From positions 25,097 to 89,096 of the forward strand of contig JAXMOL010000032.1 of the NCBI GenBank assembly GCA_034669905.1: DNA of 64,000 nucleotides, in the 5' to 3' direction. Source of the stretch: Candidatus Hydrogenedentota bacterium (lineage in GTDB: Bacteria; Hydrogenedentota; Hydrogenedentia; Hydrogenedentales; JAEUWI01). Under the pieces are notes generated by a model that saw only the letters and a list, made by a program, of their open reading frames with translations, searched no databases and had not been told where the DNA came from. Both the position numbers and the translations under genes were made by a program. Positions 36,904 to 47,890 of the stretch are shown in pieces (the stretch's first letter is position 1; each line of letters begins with the position of its first letter).

Positions 36904-37030
36904 TTTCCCTGTAGTGTTGTTGTCGGTCGATCTGTCCTGCGTCGTAATTCCGGTCCATAGATAGGGCGTTGGCGGCTACCCACACTCGGGACATAAAGCA
37001 TCGGGTCGTTACATTAATCAGGTGTTTCAT
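36878..37030 (-). CDS. Possible 50-aa peptide upstream of the sigma4 gene
   Basis: ATG 37030 with AAAAGGA RBS; the stop overlaps the sigma4 gene start. Confidence 0.35.
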   Translation of the reverse strand: MKHLINVTTRCFMSRVWVAANALSMDRNYDAGQIDRQQHYRESEPSNGQL

Positions 37031-37086
37031 TTCAGGTATTCCTTTTGGTTTTCGGGTTGTGGTGGGCCCCATGGCACACCGGTAAT

Positions 37087-37119
37087 AAAAAAGCCGCAGA
37101 CCTTTGAGAGGCCTGCGGC
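37087..37119 (-). terminator. Terminator-like hairpin in the leader of the sigma4 gene
   Basis: GCCGCAGGCCT/AGGTCTGCGGC followed by T6 on the minus strand. Confidence 0.6.
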
Positions 37120-37455
37120 GTTGTGAGCGTATATGTTGTAGCGGAATCGCTAACCCATACCCAACACCCCAGGCGCGGTGCATACGGATACACCGGTGTG
37201 CCACACGCGTGCGAAGGATCGCATCGTGTTACACAGAATGGCGCCGTATTTGGCCGTGAGGTTGGACATGTTCGTAAGATTCCTTGTTGGGTTTGTTGAT
37301 ACCTGAGGCTACCACAAACGGGCCGGGCAATCAAGCCCGTATAGTGTCGTCGCAACCGGTAGTGGCGATACCTTAAACCGGAATATGCGCACTTTTTGAG
37401 GCTGGGCCCGAAATATCATAATTCCGGGAATCCCCCTTCCCTTGCGCACATTTCA

Positions 37456-37593
37456 GTACAATTTTGTACAAACCCAATCCCTTTTTGGGACCAGCGTACA
37501 TATTTGTACACAAAGTCCCCCTCCATTAAAACCTGTCAACCGCATACATCAAAAGCACTTACAGCCTATGTCCATCGATGGCACAATCTATGC
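37456..37593 (+). promoter_or_regulatory. Sigma54 promoter with two upstream palindromic enhancer-like sites
   Basis: TGGCACAATCTATGC (37579-37593; GG-N10-GC); GTACA-N4-TGTAC at 37456-37469 and 37496-37509. Confidence 0.7.
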
Positions 37594-37813
37594 GTAGGTT
37601 AGGGCATCGGACGAAGTAGACCCAGGGCATGGGTCAAAGCGAAACGTTTGGGGGGCACGTCCATCTTAGAGACCATTTGGTGTGAATGAAGTAAAATGGA
37701 GAAACCCCTTGAGTGTCTTGAATCCATCACCATCGGCGCATTTGACGCCTCGCCAAGTCGACGCCCCTGTCCTTATCCCCATTAACGCCCACGCTATTAC
37801 CCCCCGGACCGCC

Positions 37814-38941
37814 ATGAATCAAGCCACGAATACTCAGGACGCCACCAGTGCCTTTAACTTCAATACCCATCCCCGTATCCTGATTGTCGATGACGAAAAT
37901 GGACCACGGCAATCCCTGCGGATGGTGCTGAAGGAAGACTATGACATCCGTCTCGCGACGGGTGTGGACGATGCCCTGTCCCAGTTGGCAGAAGAGACCG
38001 TGGACCTGATCATTACGGATATCCGGATGCCCCACAAGACGGGCATGGACCTGTTGAAGGCCGTGCGGGAGGGCTTTGGCGATATCGAGATCATTATCCT
38101 GACCGGGTATGGCGAGCTCGACACGGCGATGAAGGCCATCGAATATGGTGCCTTCGCCTATCTTGAGAAGCCCTTTGATCATGACAAGATGATGGAGAAG
38201 GTGCGGGCCTGCATGGAGAAGCGCCGCCGCGAACAGGACCGCAAGGCCCTGGAATCACTCGCGATGGAAGCGAACCGTTTTGAAACACTGGGACGGCTTA
38301 TCTCTGGCACCATGCACGATTTGGGCACGCCCCTGTCGGTGCTGGGCACCCATCTTGAGATGCTGATTGCAGACCCGAGCCCCGAGAGCTTCGACAAGCG
38401 ACTGGGCACCATGGAATCTCAGGTCCGCCATTGCACCGAGTTGGTTCGCTCGACCATGAACTTCCTGCGGCACAGCCCCAACGAACAGACCCCCTTCGAC
38501 GTCAATGCGGCGGTGCAGGTCTGCCTCGAGGTTGCCCACCCCCTTCTGTTGCGTCAAAACATTGATGTAAAGACGACGCTCAGCCCGGACATCTCCATCT
38601 GCGTGGGTGATTTTGTGCTGGTGCGACAGGCCCTGTTGAACCTTATTTATAACGCGTGTCAGGCCATGGAAGCACAGCAGAAGCCCCGAACGCTCTACAT
38701 TGAGACCACGATGGAGGCCGGCAACCTGGTCCTCACGGTGGAAGATACGGGCCCGGGCATTCCGGAAGCAGACCGTAACCGCGTCTTCCACACCCTCTAC
38801 AGCACCAAAGGCAACAAGGGTACGGGATTGGGCCTCAGTGTGGTGAAGAACGTCATGCAGCAACACGGTGGCGAAGTGACCCTGGAAGACAACGAAGGCC
38901 CCGGCGCCAAATTCAAGATGAGTTTCCCCCCACGCCGATAG
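37814..38941 (+). CDS. Receiver-histidine kinase hybrid
   Basis: ILIVDDE, TDIRMP, EKPF; MHDLGTPL H-box; DTGPGI and GTGLGL. Start uncertain (37682-37814). Confidence 0.9.
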   Translation: MNQATNTQDATSAFNFNTHPRILIVDDENGPRQSLRMVLKEDYDIRLATGVDDALSQLAEETVDLIITDIRMPHKTGMDLLKAVREGFGDIEIIILTGYGELDTAMKAIEYGAFAYLEKPFDHDKMMEKVRACMEKRRREQDRKALESLAMEANRFETLGRLISGTMHDLGTPLSVLGTHLEMLIADPSPESFDKRLGTMESQVRHCTELVRSTMNFLRHSPNEQTPFDVNAAVQVCLEVAHPLLLRQNIDVKTTLSPDISICVGDFVLVRQALLNLIYNACQAMEAQQKPRTLYIETTMEAGNLVLTVEDTGPGIPEADRNRVFHTLYSTKGNKGTGLGLSVVKNVMQQHGGEVTLEDNEGPGAKFKMSFPPRR

Positions 38942-38966
38942 GCCGTGCGGTTATCCCCCCGGGCAC

Positions 38967-41900
38967 TCAGGCGGGCTTACTGGCCGCCACCCAACGCATG
39001 ACGGTTTCAAAAAGCACGTTGGCATCAACCGGCTTGCTGATGTAGTCGTCCATTCCCACTTCGAGACAACGCTCCCGGTCTCCCCGCATCGCGTTGGCGG
39101 TCATGGCCACAATCGGGATTCGCCGTTTCGTTTCCTGCTCTGCTTGGCGTATGGCGCGGGTAGCAGCAAACCCATCCATCTCCGGCATCTGACAGTCCAT
39201 GAGAATCAGGGCGTAGGGTTCTCGGGCCAACTGCGCGATGGCTTCTTTCCCGTTGGCCGCGATGTCGCAGGCAAAGCCGTGCTTCTGAAGCATTCGAACG
39301 GCTACTTTCTGGTTGATCAGGTTATCTTCCGCCAGCAGGATACGGATTCCTTCCGGTCCGTCTACGGAGGTAGGAACGGGGGCCGGCGCCACACTCTCCA
39401 CCTCGGCTTCGGAGCCATCGCACACGGTGAAGAGGCGCTCCAGGGTGCCACGTAGCGTGGTCCACTTGAGGGGCTTGGCCACATATTCGTCAAACCCCAT
39501 GGCCCGATCATGCTGTGTGTCACCCCGCACGGACAGGGAGGTCATGAGCAACTTGGGCACCCCGGCGAAAGCCTCCCGTAGCTGAATCGCTTCCCCCAGC
39601 TCCACCCCGTCCATCCCGGGCATGTCGTGGTCGATAAGCATCCCATCGATGGAAAGGCCATCGTCCAATTCATCCAGGAGCGCCAGGGCCGCCGGACCAT
39701 CGGGGCACCCGGTAACCCGCGCTCCCCACGCTTCCAAGGTAGTGGCGAGGAAGGTCAGGCTGCTTTCGTTATCGTCCACCACGAGGAGATGAAGCCCTTC
39801 CAGGGGATGCTCGGAATCGGATGCCGTGGGAACCGACAGGGCCGCGCCAAACTGCGCGGAGAATTCGAAAGAGGTACCGTCACCGGGCGTGCTGAGACAC
39901 CGAATCTCGCCGCCCATCAGGTCGATCAGTTGGCTTGAAATCACCAGGCCCAACCCGGTGCCCCCGAAGCGACGGGTCGTGGATTCGTCGACCTGGCTGA
40001 AGAGATTGAAGAGGCGATCCATGCGCTCTTCGGGAATCCCGATGCCCGTATCAGCGACTTCAAAACGCAGATTTACCCCGGCGTCGTTGCTTTCAATTCG
40101 CTGCACCGTCACGGTGACCTCTCCGACTTCGGTAAACTTCACCGCATTGGCCAGCAAATTCAACAGGACCTGTCGCAGGCGACCAGGATCGCCGAGGACA
40201 TTCTCGGGTACATTGGACTTGATAAGACTCACCAACTCCAGATTCTTCTCTTCGGATTCCGTCGCCAGCAGGTCAATGGCCTCTTCCAGGGTCTTCCGGG
40301 GAGAGAAAGGAATCGACTCAAGCCGGATTTTACCGGCTTCAATTTTGGAGAAATCGAGGATATCGTTCAGAAGGTTCAACAGGGCCTGGGCACTGTGTTG
40401 AATCGTATCGACGCAATCCCGTTGCTCCTCCGAAAGGGGGGTATTCTGGAGCAACTGGATCATCCCGATGACCCCATTCATGGGCGTGCGAATCTCGTGG
40501 CTCATATTGGCCAGAAACTGGCCCTTCGCCGTATTGGCCAACTCGGCCCGTTCGGCCATCTCCTTGGCACGGACCGCAGCTTCCTCGAGTTCTTTGTTGA
40601 GCTGCTCCGCATCCTTCCGTGCCTGCTCCGCTTCCGTCTTCCGTTGCAGATTGAGCACGGCGAGTCCCAGTTGCCGCCCAATGCCTTCGAGGATATTCAT
40701 CCACAACTCATCACGTCGGGGAGACGGCTGGGCGCAAACACCGACAACCCCCGCGACCTGGCCTGCCGCGAGCAAGGGAATGAAATAGTAGCCGCAGGTG
40801 GGCGCCTCCAGGCCTTCAGAAGGGGAAACCAGATCGCGAAAACCACCTACTACGATGTGGCCTTCCTGGACAACTGACTGTTGCCAGGCGCGCTGGAGGG
40901 CTTCCCAGAGAATCTGAAAATAGGGATCCTCCTGTGAGATGCCATAGGCCCCGGCAAACTCCAGGCAGTTGTCACGGTCGGCCAGAAACACACAGGCCCG
41001 CGCGGTGGGCCCCGTTTCCCGAATGTGGGCAATGACGGGCAACACGCTTTCCACCAGCTCTTCTCTATCCTGGGCCGACTGAATGGATGCGTAGAGTGCC
41101 GACTGAATGCGAAGGGCTTCGTTGTTGAACTGGAGCGACTCCTGGGCAGCCTTCTGCGTCCGAATGTCCCGCACGACCCCGGCATAGCCCGCACTGCCGA
41201 CATCTTCCATGCGCACCATGACCATCTCAACAGAGAATCGGCTGCCGTCCCGATGTTGGATCAGGGCCTCTCCGTTGGTTTCTCCAATCTGCAGCATGTC
41301 ACCCAGACCGTGGGCGCTGCCTTCGGGGCCGAAAGAGGCGACGAAATCCCCGCCGTAGAGCAGGCTCAGAAAGTTTTCATTGACCAAGGCTCCCCGCTCG
41401 TAGCCGAGCATCCGCTCCATCGCGGGGTTGGCTACTTCAATACGGCCTGTCTCGTCCAGTGCAACGACGCCATCCTGGATCGTGTCCAGCACGAGCGTAT
41501 GCATTGCCCGGGCCTCTAACTGATGCTCGATCATATGGTTCAATGCAAGGGCAAGCCGTCCGATTTCATCCTGGGCGAGAATTTCCGCGTAGACGTCTTT
41601 TTCGCCGCGCCCCCGCGCCGCCATGGCCAACTCCAGGGCGTGGACGGGGGTTATCACATAGCGTTGGAGGATGAAATAGAGGAGAGCCAACATCAGGGTG
41701 AGCATCAGAAAGACGACCAACCAGACATAGTGCAACGCGTCGGAAATACCCCCCGTGACCGCTTTCCCATCTACCTCCACCAGCAGGACCGCGTTTCTTT
41801 CCGCTTCGTTTGGGAAGAGTGCGGAAGGCAGTGTCACCCGCGTCGCATGGAGCCAGTAGCCCGCCACCGGACGGTGAGAAACCGACTGCCCCCCCGACGC

Positions 41901-42281
41901 CGCCATGAGCTCCGCCCCGATGGCGGCAACCCAGTGTGAGGCTGTGTCCGCCACGCTATCCGATGTCCCTGGCGACTCTGAGTCCAACAGGATTCGGGAA
42001 GCATCGCTCCCGGTAAGGAGTTGGATTCGAACCTGCTTCTCGGCCCCCACGACGGCAAGCAGCCGATGCAATTCGTGCTCATCTGCGGCGGTGGCGATGG
42101 CCTCACGAAGAGATTGGGAGGTACGTTCAGCCCGTCGCTCAAACCCGGTGTCGGACGCCCGGCGAAACAGCACCGCGGATAAGGCACACACAAGCAGGGC
42201 CGCACTCACCCCCAAGATGATGAGCGGCAGAAAGATCTTGAGTCCGAGCGAATTGCGCACGCGCTCCCGTAAGGTCGTCAC
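38967..42281 (-). CDS. Membrane hybrid sensor kinase (HAMP-PAS-GAF-HisKA-HATPase-REC-REC)
   Basis: [30 protein letters not shown], two receivers (LLAEDN..MDCQMP); GTG 42281 is the likely start. Confidence 0.93.
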   Translation of the reverse strand: MTTLRERVRNSLGLKIFLPLIILGVSAALLVCALSAVLFRRASDTGFERRAERTSQSLREAIATAADEHELHRLLAVVGAEKQVRIQLLTGSDASRILLDSESPGTSDSVADTASHWVAAIGAELMAASGGQSVSHRPVAGYWLHATRVTLPSALFPNEAERNAVLLVEVDGKAVTGGISDALHYVWLVVFLMLTLMLALLYFILQRYVITPVHALELAMAARGRGEKDVYAEILAQDEIGRLALALNHMIEHQLEARAMHTLVLDTIQDGVVALDETGRIEVANPAMERMLGYERGALVNENFLSLLYGGDFVASFGPEGSAHGLGDMLQIGETNGEALIQHRDGSRFSVEMVMVRMEDVGSAGYAGVVRDIRTQKAAQESLQFNNEALRIQSALYASIQSAQDREELVESVLPVIAHIRETGPTARACVFLADRDNCLEFAGAYGISQEDPYFQILWEALQRAWQQSVVQEGHIVVGGFRDLVSPSEGLEAPTCGYYFIPLLAAGQVAGVVGVCAQPSPRRDELWMNILEGIGRQLGLAVLNLQRKTEAEQARKDAEQLNKELEEAAVRAKEMAERAELANTAKGQFLANMSHEIRTPMNGVIGMIQLLQNTPLSEEQRDCVDTIQHSAQALLNLLNDILDFSKIEAGKIRLESIPFSPRKTLEEAIDLLATESEEKNLELVSLIKSNVPENVLGDPGRLRQVLLNLLANAVKFTEVGEVTVTVQRIESNDAGVNLRFEVADTGIGIPEERMDRLFNLFSQVDESTTRRFGGTGLGLVISSQLIDLMGGEIRCLSTPGDGTSFEFSAQFGAALSVPTASDSEHPLEGLHLLVVDDNESSLTFLATTLEAWGARVTGCPDGPAALALLDELDDGLSIDGMLIDHDMPGMDGVELGEAIQLREAFAGVPKLLMTSLSVRGDTQHDRAMGFDEYVAKPLKWTTLRGTLERLFTVCDGSEAEVESVAPAPVPTSVDGPEGIRILLAEDNLINQKVAVRMLQKHGFACDIAANGKEAIAQLAREPYALILMDCQMPEMDGFAATRAIRQAEQETKRRIPIVAMTANAMRGDRERCLEVGMDDYISKPVDANVLFETVMRWVAASKPA

Positions 42282-42674
42282 AGCCCATCCCCCGCACGTA
42301 TCACCCCACCCACCTGATTCCGCAAGCTGGAAATGAGGTCCGTTTCGGCTTCCCGGCACGAATCGTATCGTAGCACCATTTTCCGCTCGCCTGTATCGCG
42401 GAAGACCGACAACTCCGGCCCCCGCTGGTTGTGAATGCGTTACGAAATGTCTGCTGTCTTACGGCCACTGGACCACAGTATATACCAAAATCAATTGGGG
42501 ATAAAGCGCGCGCTATGACGCTCAAACAGGTTTGGTTGCGGTCTCAGACAGATGCTACTATTGGGGTCAGGAAAAACGGGCGCTCACCTCCCCGTCGGGA
42601 AGGGGGTCCGTCCATGGGCGTTACTACGACCGACCGGACGGGCTGCCCCCTGTGACTATCAAAGGAATTCACTG

Positions 42675-43808
42675 ATGATTAAGGCCTCCACACGCTGGAA
42701 GTTCATAGCACATTCAATCACGGTCACCTGCCTGCTGAGCGGTGCTATGGGGTGTGGTCTTCTTGCGGACACGGATCGTATCGTTGTGGCAGAGATGGAT
42801 GGAAAAACCATCAATCGGGGCAAGCTCTTTAATATTATTTATGATATGCCCGATGAGGAGCGTCCGCGTATCCAGAGCCGACAGGATTATCTCCGGGTCC
42901 TTAATGACTACATCGACAAGGAGATCAAGATCCCCCTGGGACAGCAACTGGCCGACGAAGGCAAGATTGAGATTCCCCGTGATCTGGCCCGCGAAATGTA
43001 TTTCCAGTCCATAGGCGATGAACAGGAGCAGCAGACCCAGCGGCACATGTGGACCATACCCGTGCCGAAGCCCGGAGAAGAGAGTGATCTCATGCGGGTC
43101 TATGATCTGACGCCGGAAGCCATCCAATTCAAGAAGGATGTCATCGACCAGGGCACCGACAAATTCATGGAGAAGATGCTGGGCGACCAAGCGGTGGCCT
43201 ATCTGGCCATGGAAGCCTACAAGGCCAAGGAGTTGGTGCTGGATGAAGAGACCCTCCGGCTGGAATATGAGATGGCCAAGGACAGCTACCAGACGCTGGA
43301 GCAGTTGACCATCCTGGGCCTGCAGTTTCCGGCGGACAAGGCGGGCGCCTCGGGGGAAGCGGCGAAAGTCCGGGAGCGGATCAGGGCCGGCGAAGACTTT
43401 GACACCGTATTCAATGAGTATATCGCGCGGGATATCCGCCTGGGCGTAGAGTCGGTCATCGAGAACAATCCCGACCTGGACCGATTCAAGGGGTTCTGGC
43501 TGGAAGCTTCCGGCGCCAAAGTGGATGACGTGTGTGGCCCGGTCTTCATGCCGGCGTACACGCGCATGAAAGAGAATGCGCAGGGACAGGTGGAGCAGGC
43601 CGTTGTGCCCGAGTGCTACCTGGTGTTCAAGGTGCTCGAACACAAGCCCGCCGCCGTGAAACCCTTCGAAGAAGCGGTCCCGCTCATTGCGCCGACGGTA
43701 GCCTATTCGGAAATGATGGAACGCCTGCGGGAAGAGCACGGCGTGGTCATCTATGAAGACAAACTTCCCAACCCGAGCGGTGGCAACTCCGTCCTCCTCC
43801 AGGAATAA
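42675..43808 (+). CDS. PpiC/SurA-like foldase lipoprotein
   Basis: Lipobox-like AMGC, VVAEMDGKTI, ERIRAGEDF, PFEEA; AAAGGA RBS. Confidence 0.65.
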   Translation: MIKASTRWKFIAHSITVTCLLSGAMGCGLLADTDRIVVAEMDGKTINRGKLFNIIYDMPDEERPRIQSRQDYLRVLNDYIDKEIKIPLGQQLADEGKIEIPRDLAREMYFQSIGDEQEQQTQRHMWTIPVPKPGEESDLMRVYDLTPEAIQFKKDVIDQGTDKFMEKMLGDQAVAYLAMEAYKAKELVLDEETLRLEYEMAKDSYQTLEQLTILGLQFPADKAGASGEAAKVRERIRAGEDFDTVFNEYIARDIRLGVESVIENNPDLDRFKGFWLEASGAKVDDVCGPVFMPAYTRMKENAQGQVEQAVVPECYLVFKVLEHKPAAVKPFEEAVPLIAPTVAYSEMMERLREEHGVVIYEDKLPNPSGGNSVLLQE

Positions 43809-43815
43809 GGGCAAC

Positions 43816-45414
43816 TCAGGGTATATAGCGCCCCGGTGCCAGGATTCGCCCCGGGTCCAGGGCGGCCTTGATATCTCGGGCCACTTCCCAAAAGGTGTCG
43901 TCGGGCTGTACGAGATGCGCCATGCCCATCAGACTGCTGCGGTAGGGCACGTAGCCGTGCGCCAGCAGCGTCGTGGTGACCACCTCGTAACAGGCTGCGG
44001 CCCGTTGCGCCTCCTCCTCCACGGTCTTATCGAAGGAGATGTTAAAAACGGCCACCATGGAGCGCTCGTTCAGCATGGTGAGGGTGATGGGCAGATCAAA
44101 GCCGTGGGCGTGAAAGAGGGGCGTCGCCAACTTCACGATGCTTTCCGCATCTTCCCCCCGTAGCGGTAAGACGGGGGCCATCCAAATCAGGCCGATGTCG
44201 CTCGCGAGGGGGTCCTCCAGGGGCGCTGAGAGCGGACGTCGCAATCGCCAGGCGAGACTCTGGAGCGGCATGCGGGTGGGTATTCCCTGAAGCAGGCCGT
44301 AGTTGGGCACGAGGGCGCCCATATTCTTTACGAGGGCCTTACCGAGCCCGAAGCGATCCAATAAATTCGCCACGCCTTTTCCGAGGGCCAACTTTCGATC
44401 ATCCACAAAGATCACGTCGCCGAGATGACCACAGGCCTTCTTCATACGACGGCGTGCCTCCCGGACCTGGGCCTTGGTCCCCGTGAGTGAACCCGTGACA
44501 TTCCAAGCACCCAGTTTCGCATCCTCACGCATTCCGGTGCGCAGTGCGGGTGGCAGGGGGGTCTCCCCTTCCGTTTCATCCCAGGGGTAGGTATCGAGGC
44601 TTGTAAACACCCGCAGGTCGTTTCCGATATGGACCGCGCTGTTGAGCAAGCCCTTCATCCGCAGGGGGCGCAGTGCCTCGACCGTTTCGCCCAGTTTGGA
44701 TTCATCGGGCACCTTGATATAGAAAAACGAAAAGGCCTCGGGCCGGGGGCACAACCAGACCCCAATCCGGGTCACTATCCCCAGGTTAGATTGAGAAAAG
44801 AGGCCGTCGAGCATGGGACCTACGCCGTAGGGGTAGAGGTGGCGGGCTTTGCTCTTCGCGAAGTGCCCGAAGCCCGTCTCCAACACCCGACCGTCGGGCA
44901 GCACGACCGTCATGCCGCAGGTGCTGCGCACGTGGTCTGCATAGGGGGTATGCCCGAAGCCCCGCTCCATGGCGTTGCCAATGATGGTGGCGTCGGGTCC
45001 TGCGCCAGTGACATCCACCCAAAACTCGGGGGCGGCGTCTTTCACGGCTTCGTAGAGCTGCTGCTGGGTAACCCCGGGCTCAATAACGGCATAGCCCATC
45101 TCACTGTCTATTTCGAGGATCCGATTCATACCGCTCAGATCGACGACGGCCGCGTCTTCTTCCGGCGCGCAGGCCGATCCGTATCCCCAGTTCTTCCCAC
45201 CCGACACCGGATAAAGGGGGTGCCCATGGGCCTGGGCGATGGTCACAATGGTCTGAACATCGTCCCCACTCGCCGGACGTAGTACACAACGGGGTGTGGT
45301 TCCCTGCGGCAGGGCAGTCCGGGCAAAGTTCTGTCGAATCGCGTCCGATTCCCCCACCTTCTCGTCGCCCAATGCCTCACGCCAGGCTTCAACAGCCGCT
45401 TCCATTCCAGTCAT
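43816..45414 (-). CDS. FAD-linked oxidoreductase, VAO/p-cresol methylhydroxylase flavoprotein family
   Basis: SGGKNWGYGS, IEPGVT, GNAMERGFGHTPY, YGVGPMLDGLFSQSNLGIVT, ALDP..ILAPG. Confidence 0.88.
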   Translation of the reverse strand: MTGMEAAVEAWREALGDEKVGESDAIRQNFARTALPQGTTPRCVLRPASGDDVQTIVTIAQAHGHPLYPVSGGKNWGYGSACAPEEDAAVVDLSGMNRILEIDSEMGYAVIEPGVTQQQLYEAVKDAAPEFWVDVTGAGPDATIIGNAMERGFGHTPYADHVRSTCGMTVVLPDGRVLETGFGHFAKSKARHLYPYGVGPMLDGLFSQSNLGIVTRIGVWLCPRPEAFSFFYIKVPDESKLGETVEALRPLRMKGLLNSAVHIGNDLRVFTSLDTYPWDETEGETPLPPALRTGMREDAKLGAWNVTGSLTGTKAQVREARRRMKKACGHLGDVIFVDDRKLALGKGVANLLDRFGLGKALVKNMGALVPNYGLLQGIPTRMPLQSLAWRLRRPLSAPLEDPLASDIGLIWMAPVLPLRGEDAESIVKLATPLFHAHGFDLPITLTMLNERSMVAVFNISFDKTVEEEAQRAAACYEVVTTTLLAHGYVPYRSSLMGMAHLVQPDDTFWEVARDIKAALDPGRILAPGRYIP

Positions 45415-45423
45415 AGCACCTCT

Positions 45424-45678
45424 CTAGAATCGAAAATGTACGAAGAGTCGGCCGAAATTCTTGCTGTCTTTTTCGACGCGATGATAGAGCTGCTTGATGT
45501 CGCCCCGGTCCAGAAACTTGAGCACCTTCTTCTTCAGTTGACCGCTGCCTTTACCGGGGATGATTTCCACGAGCTTGATTCGTTTGTCTACCGCCTCGTG
45601 GATAACCCGATTCAACTCATCTTCTATACGCTGGCCTTTGTTGTAGATATCATGCAGGTCTAGTTTCAGCTTCGCCAT
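45424..45678 (-). CDS. Stand-alone Smr/MutS2-domain protein
   Basis: KLDLHDI...EIIPGKGSGQLKK...NFGRLFVHF. Confidence 0.88.
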   Translation of the reverse strand: MAKLKLDLHDIYNKGQRIEDELNRVIHEAVDKRIKLVEIIPGKGSGQLKKKVLKFLDRGDIKQLYHRVEKDSKNFGRLFVHFRF

Positions 45679-45849
45679 GGTCGTCCTATCGGGTACTTGT
45701 TCCAGTCGCGCCCATGGGGTACCATCCTTGGGCACAAAGCAGATCGTGCCCACCAGTATATAAGATCTGCGAAACAAAGGCGAAAAGCGCCCGCACCCAC
45801 CGTGTCTGGGTGACTGGCGCGCATACCCCCAACCTACCGGAGTTTTTGA

Positions 45850-47016
45850 ATGAAATCCCTCGCCCCCCTATCGGGCCTCTTGATGGCCCTGTCTCTTGTT
45901 GCATTGGGAGCGCTCCGTGCCCCGGCACAGGCAGACGTTGTCTCCGTACCTGCCAACCTCCTCCTCGCACCGACGGAAGAAAACCCGCGCAATTCAGAGG
46001 GAGACTTCATCGCCCTGAAGGATGGCCGGATACTGTTTGTCTATACCCATTTCTCCACCGGAGCCGGCGATTATGCCCAGGCCCACCTCGCCGGGCGCTA
46101 TTCCTCCGATGGCGGGAAAACCTGGGACGAAAAAGACACGGTCATCCTCCCCTTCCCCGGCGGTATGAATATCATGTCGGTTTCTCTGCTGCGCCTGCAG
46201 GATGGTCGAATCGCCTTCCTCTATCTCCACAAGGTGCATGAAGATGAATGCATTCCCATGTTGATGTTCTCCACCGACGAAGCCAAGACCTGGTCGGCAC
46301 CGGTCCAATGCATCACGGACCCGCTAGGCTACTATGTGGTCAACAACGACCGCATGATCCAGTTGAAAAGCGGACGCCTACTGATTCCGGCCGCCCGCCA
46401 TCTCCTTAAGGGAGAAACCGATTTCCAACGGGGTCAGGCCCTCTGCACCATCTCCGACGATGGGGGCAAAACCTGGCACATGAGTAAGACCACCCTCGTT
46501 GCACCGGACGACATCAAATCCGGCCTGCAGGAACCGGCCGTGCTCGAGTTGCTCGATGGCCGCGTCCTCATGCTCATCCGCACGAGTGGCGGTGCCCAGT
46601 ACCGCTCCTATTCGGAAGACCAGGGAGAAACGTGGTCGCCCGTGGAAAAGACGGCGCTGGCGTCCCCTGTTTCCCCCGCGACTGTCGAGCGCTTTCCCGG
46701 CAGCGACGACCTGCTGCTGGTCTGGAACGACCACACCGATGTGGACGAAACCCGTCGTGGCAAACGCACCCCCCTGCGGGCTGCCATCTCGAAGGACGAC
46801 GGGAAGACGTGGCACGTCACCCAGACCCTCGAAGACCTCGCCTCGGGCTGGTATTGCTACATTGCCATGGATTTCGTCGGCGACCACGTGTTGTTGGGCT
46901 ACTGTGCCGGCGACCGCCGAAACGGCAATGGCCTGGAGACCACCAAAGTAACGCGTCTCGCGATTAGCGATCTGTACCACGACCTGGGCAACGCCCGAAC
47001 CATAAAGGAACAATAA
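45850..47016 (+). CDS. Exported sialidase-like BNR/Asp-box protein
   Basis: Five SxDxGxTW-type Asp-boxes; signal peptide. Confidence 0.88.
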   Translation: MKSLAPLSGLLMALSLVALGALRAPAQADVVSVPANLLLAPTEENPRNSEGDFIALKDGRILFVYTHFSTGAGDYAQAHLAGRYSSDGGKTWDEKDTVILPFPGGMNIMSVSLLRLQDGRIAFLYLHKVHEDECIPMLMFSTDEAKTWSAPVQCITDPLGYYVVNNDRMIQLKSGRLLIPAARHLLKGETDFQRGQALCTISDDGGKTWHMSKTTLVAPDDIKSGLQEPAVLELLDGRVLMLIRTSGGAQYRSYSEDQGETWSPVEKTALASPVSPATVERFPGSDDLLLVWNDHTDVDETRRGKRTPLRAAISKDDGKTWHVTQTLEDLASGWYCYIAMDFVGDHVLLGYCAGDRRNGNGLETTKVTRLAISDLYHDLGNARTIKEQ

Positions 47017-47017
47017 A

Positions 47018-47416
47018 ATGAAACGTTTCATCGCTGTGGCACTGCTCGCCGTAGTTGCCGGAATAACTGTCTCCCATGTCGCCGTCAAGGCCGTCGAAAA
47101 GAAGGAACCCACCAAGGTGCTCCGACACATCGTACTCTTCAAGTTCAGCGAAAGCGCCCCGAAGGAAGACGTCCAGAAAATCGTGGATGCCTTCATCGCA
47201 CTGGAAGACAAGATCGATCTCATTGCCGATTTCGAGTGGGGCACGAATGTAAGTAAAGAAGGCCTCGACAAGGGCTTGACCCACGGCTTCAACCTGACCT
47301 TCAAGACGCAGGAAGACTTAGACGCCTACATCGTGCACCCCGACCATAAGGCCTTTGTGGCCATGCTGGGCGACAACATCGCCGACGTCTGTGTCTTCGA
47401 CTACTGGGCTGAATAA
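47018..47416 (+). CDS. Dabb-family (stress-responsive A/B barrel) protein
   Basis: LRHIVLFKF...GLTHGF...YIVHPDH...VFDY. Confidence 0.9.
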   Translation: MKRFIAVALLAVVAGITVSHVAVKAVEKKEPTKVLRHIVLFKFSESAPKEDVQKIVDAFIALEDKIDLIADFEWGTNVSKEGLDKGLTHGFNLTFKTQEDLDAYIVHPDHKAFVAMLGDNIADVCVFDYWAE

Positions 47417-47444
47417 GCGCCCGACCCAGTTCAAGAACACGTTT

Positions 47445-47480
47445 AACGCGGGCCGCCCCGGATTGGGGCGGCCCGTGTTG
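47445..47480 (+). terminator. Terminator-like hairpin
   Basis: AACGCGGGCCGCCCC/GGGGCGGCCCGTGTT stem; weak U-tract. Confidence 0.6.
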
Positions 47481-47890
47481 CATCCATTGACATATAGGCC
47501 CGATAGTGTCACTATAAATGGGCAGCATTGACATAAGCTCTCCTGACGTTGTGGTTAGTACAACAGCAATGGGTCTGGGCGACGCGTTTTCTATCGGATA
47601 TCGCAGGGCAACTCCGGCATCACGCCGGAACATTCACAGGAAAGGGGCAACTACCACCACGGGCTTGACTGTCTAACGGGGCACGGCAATATTACGCCGT
47701 CGCAACAGTCAGCCACCATAACGGCCAACCCAGAAATCCTTGTTCCGCCTTAGGGGGCAGACCGCATTTTTGGGATCCGTGTCCGCTTTCAGCGATTGGG
47801 CGGTGTCTAAGGGGCAAGCAGTGCGCCTGACACCCACTATCAGACCAAGCGGCGCACACGGTGGCCATCGCGGCAGAAAAGAAGGTTTCT

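Noticed and set aside
47485..47535. Two TTGACA hexamers (CATTGACATA x2, 41 bp apart) as promoters
   Set aside because: Neither has a credible -10 at 16-18 bp; possibly an operator, but unsupported.
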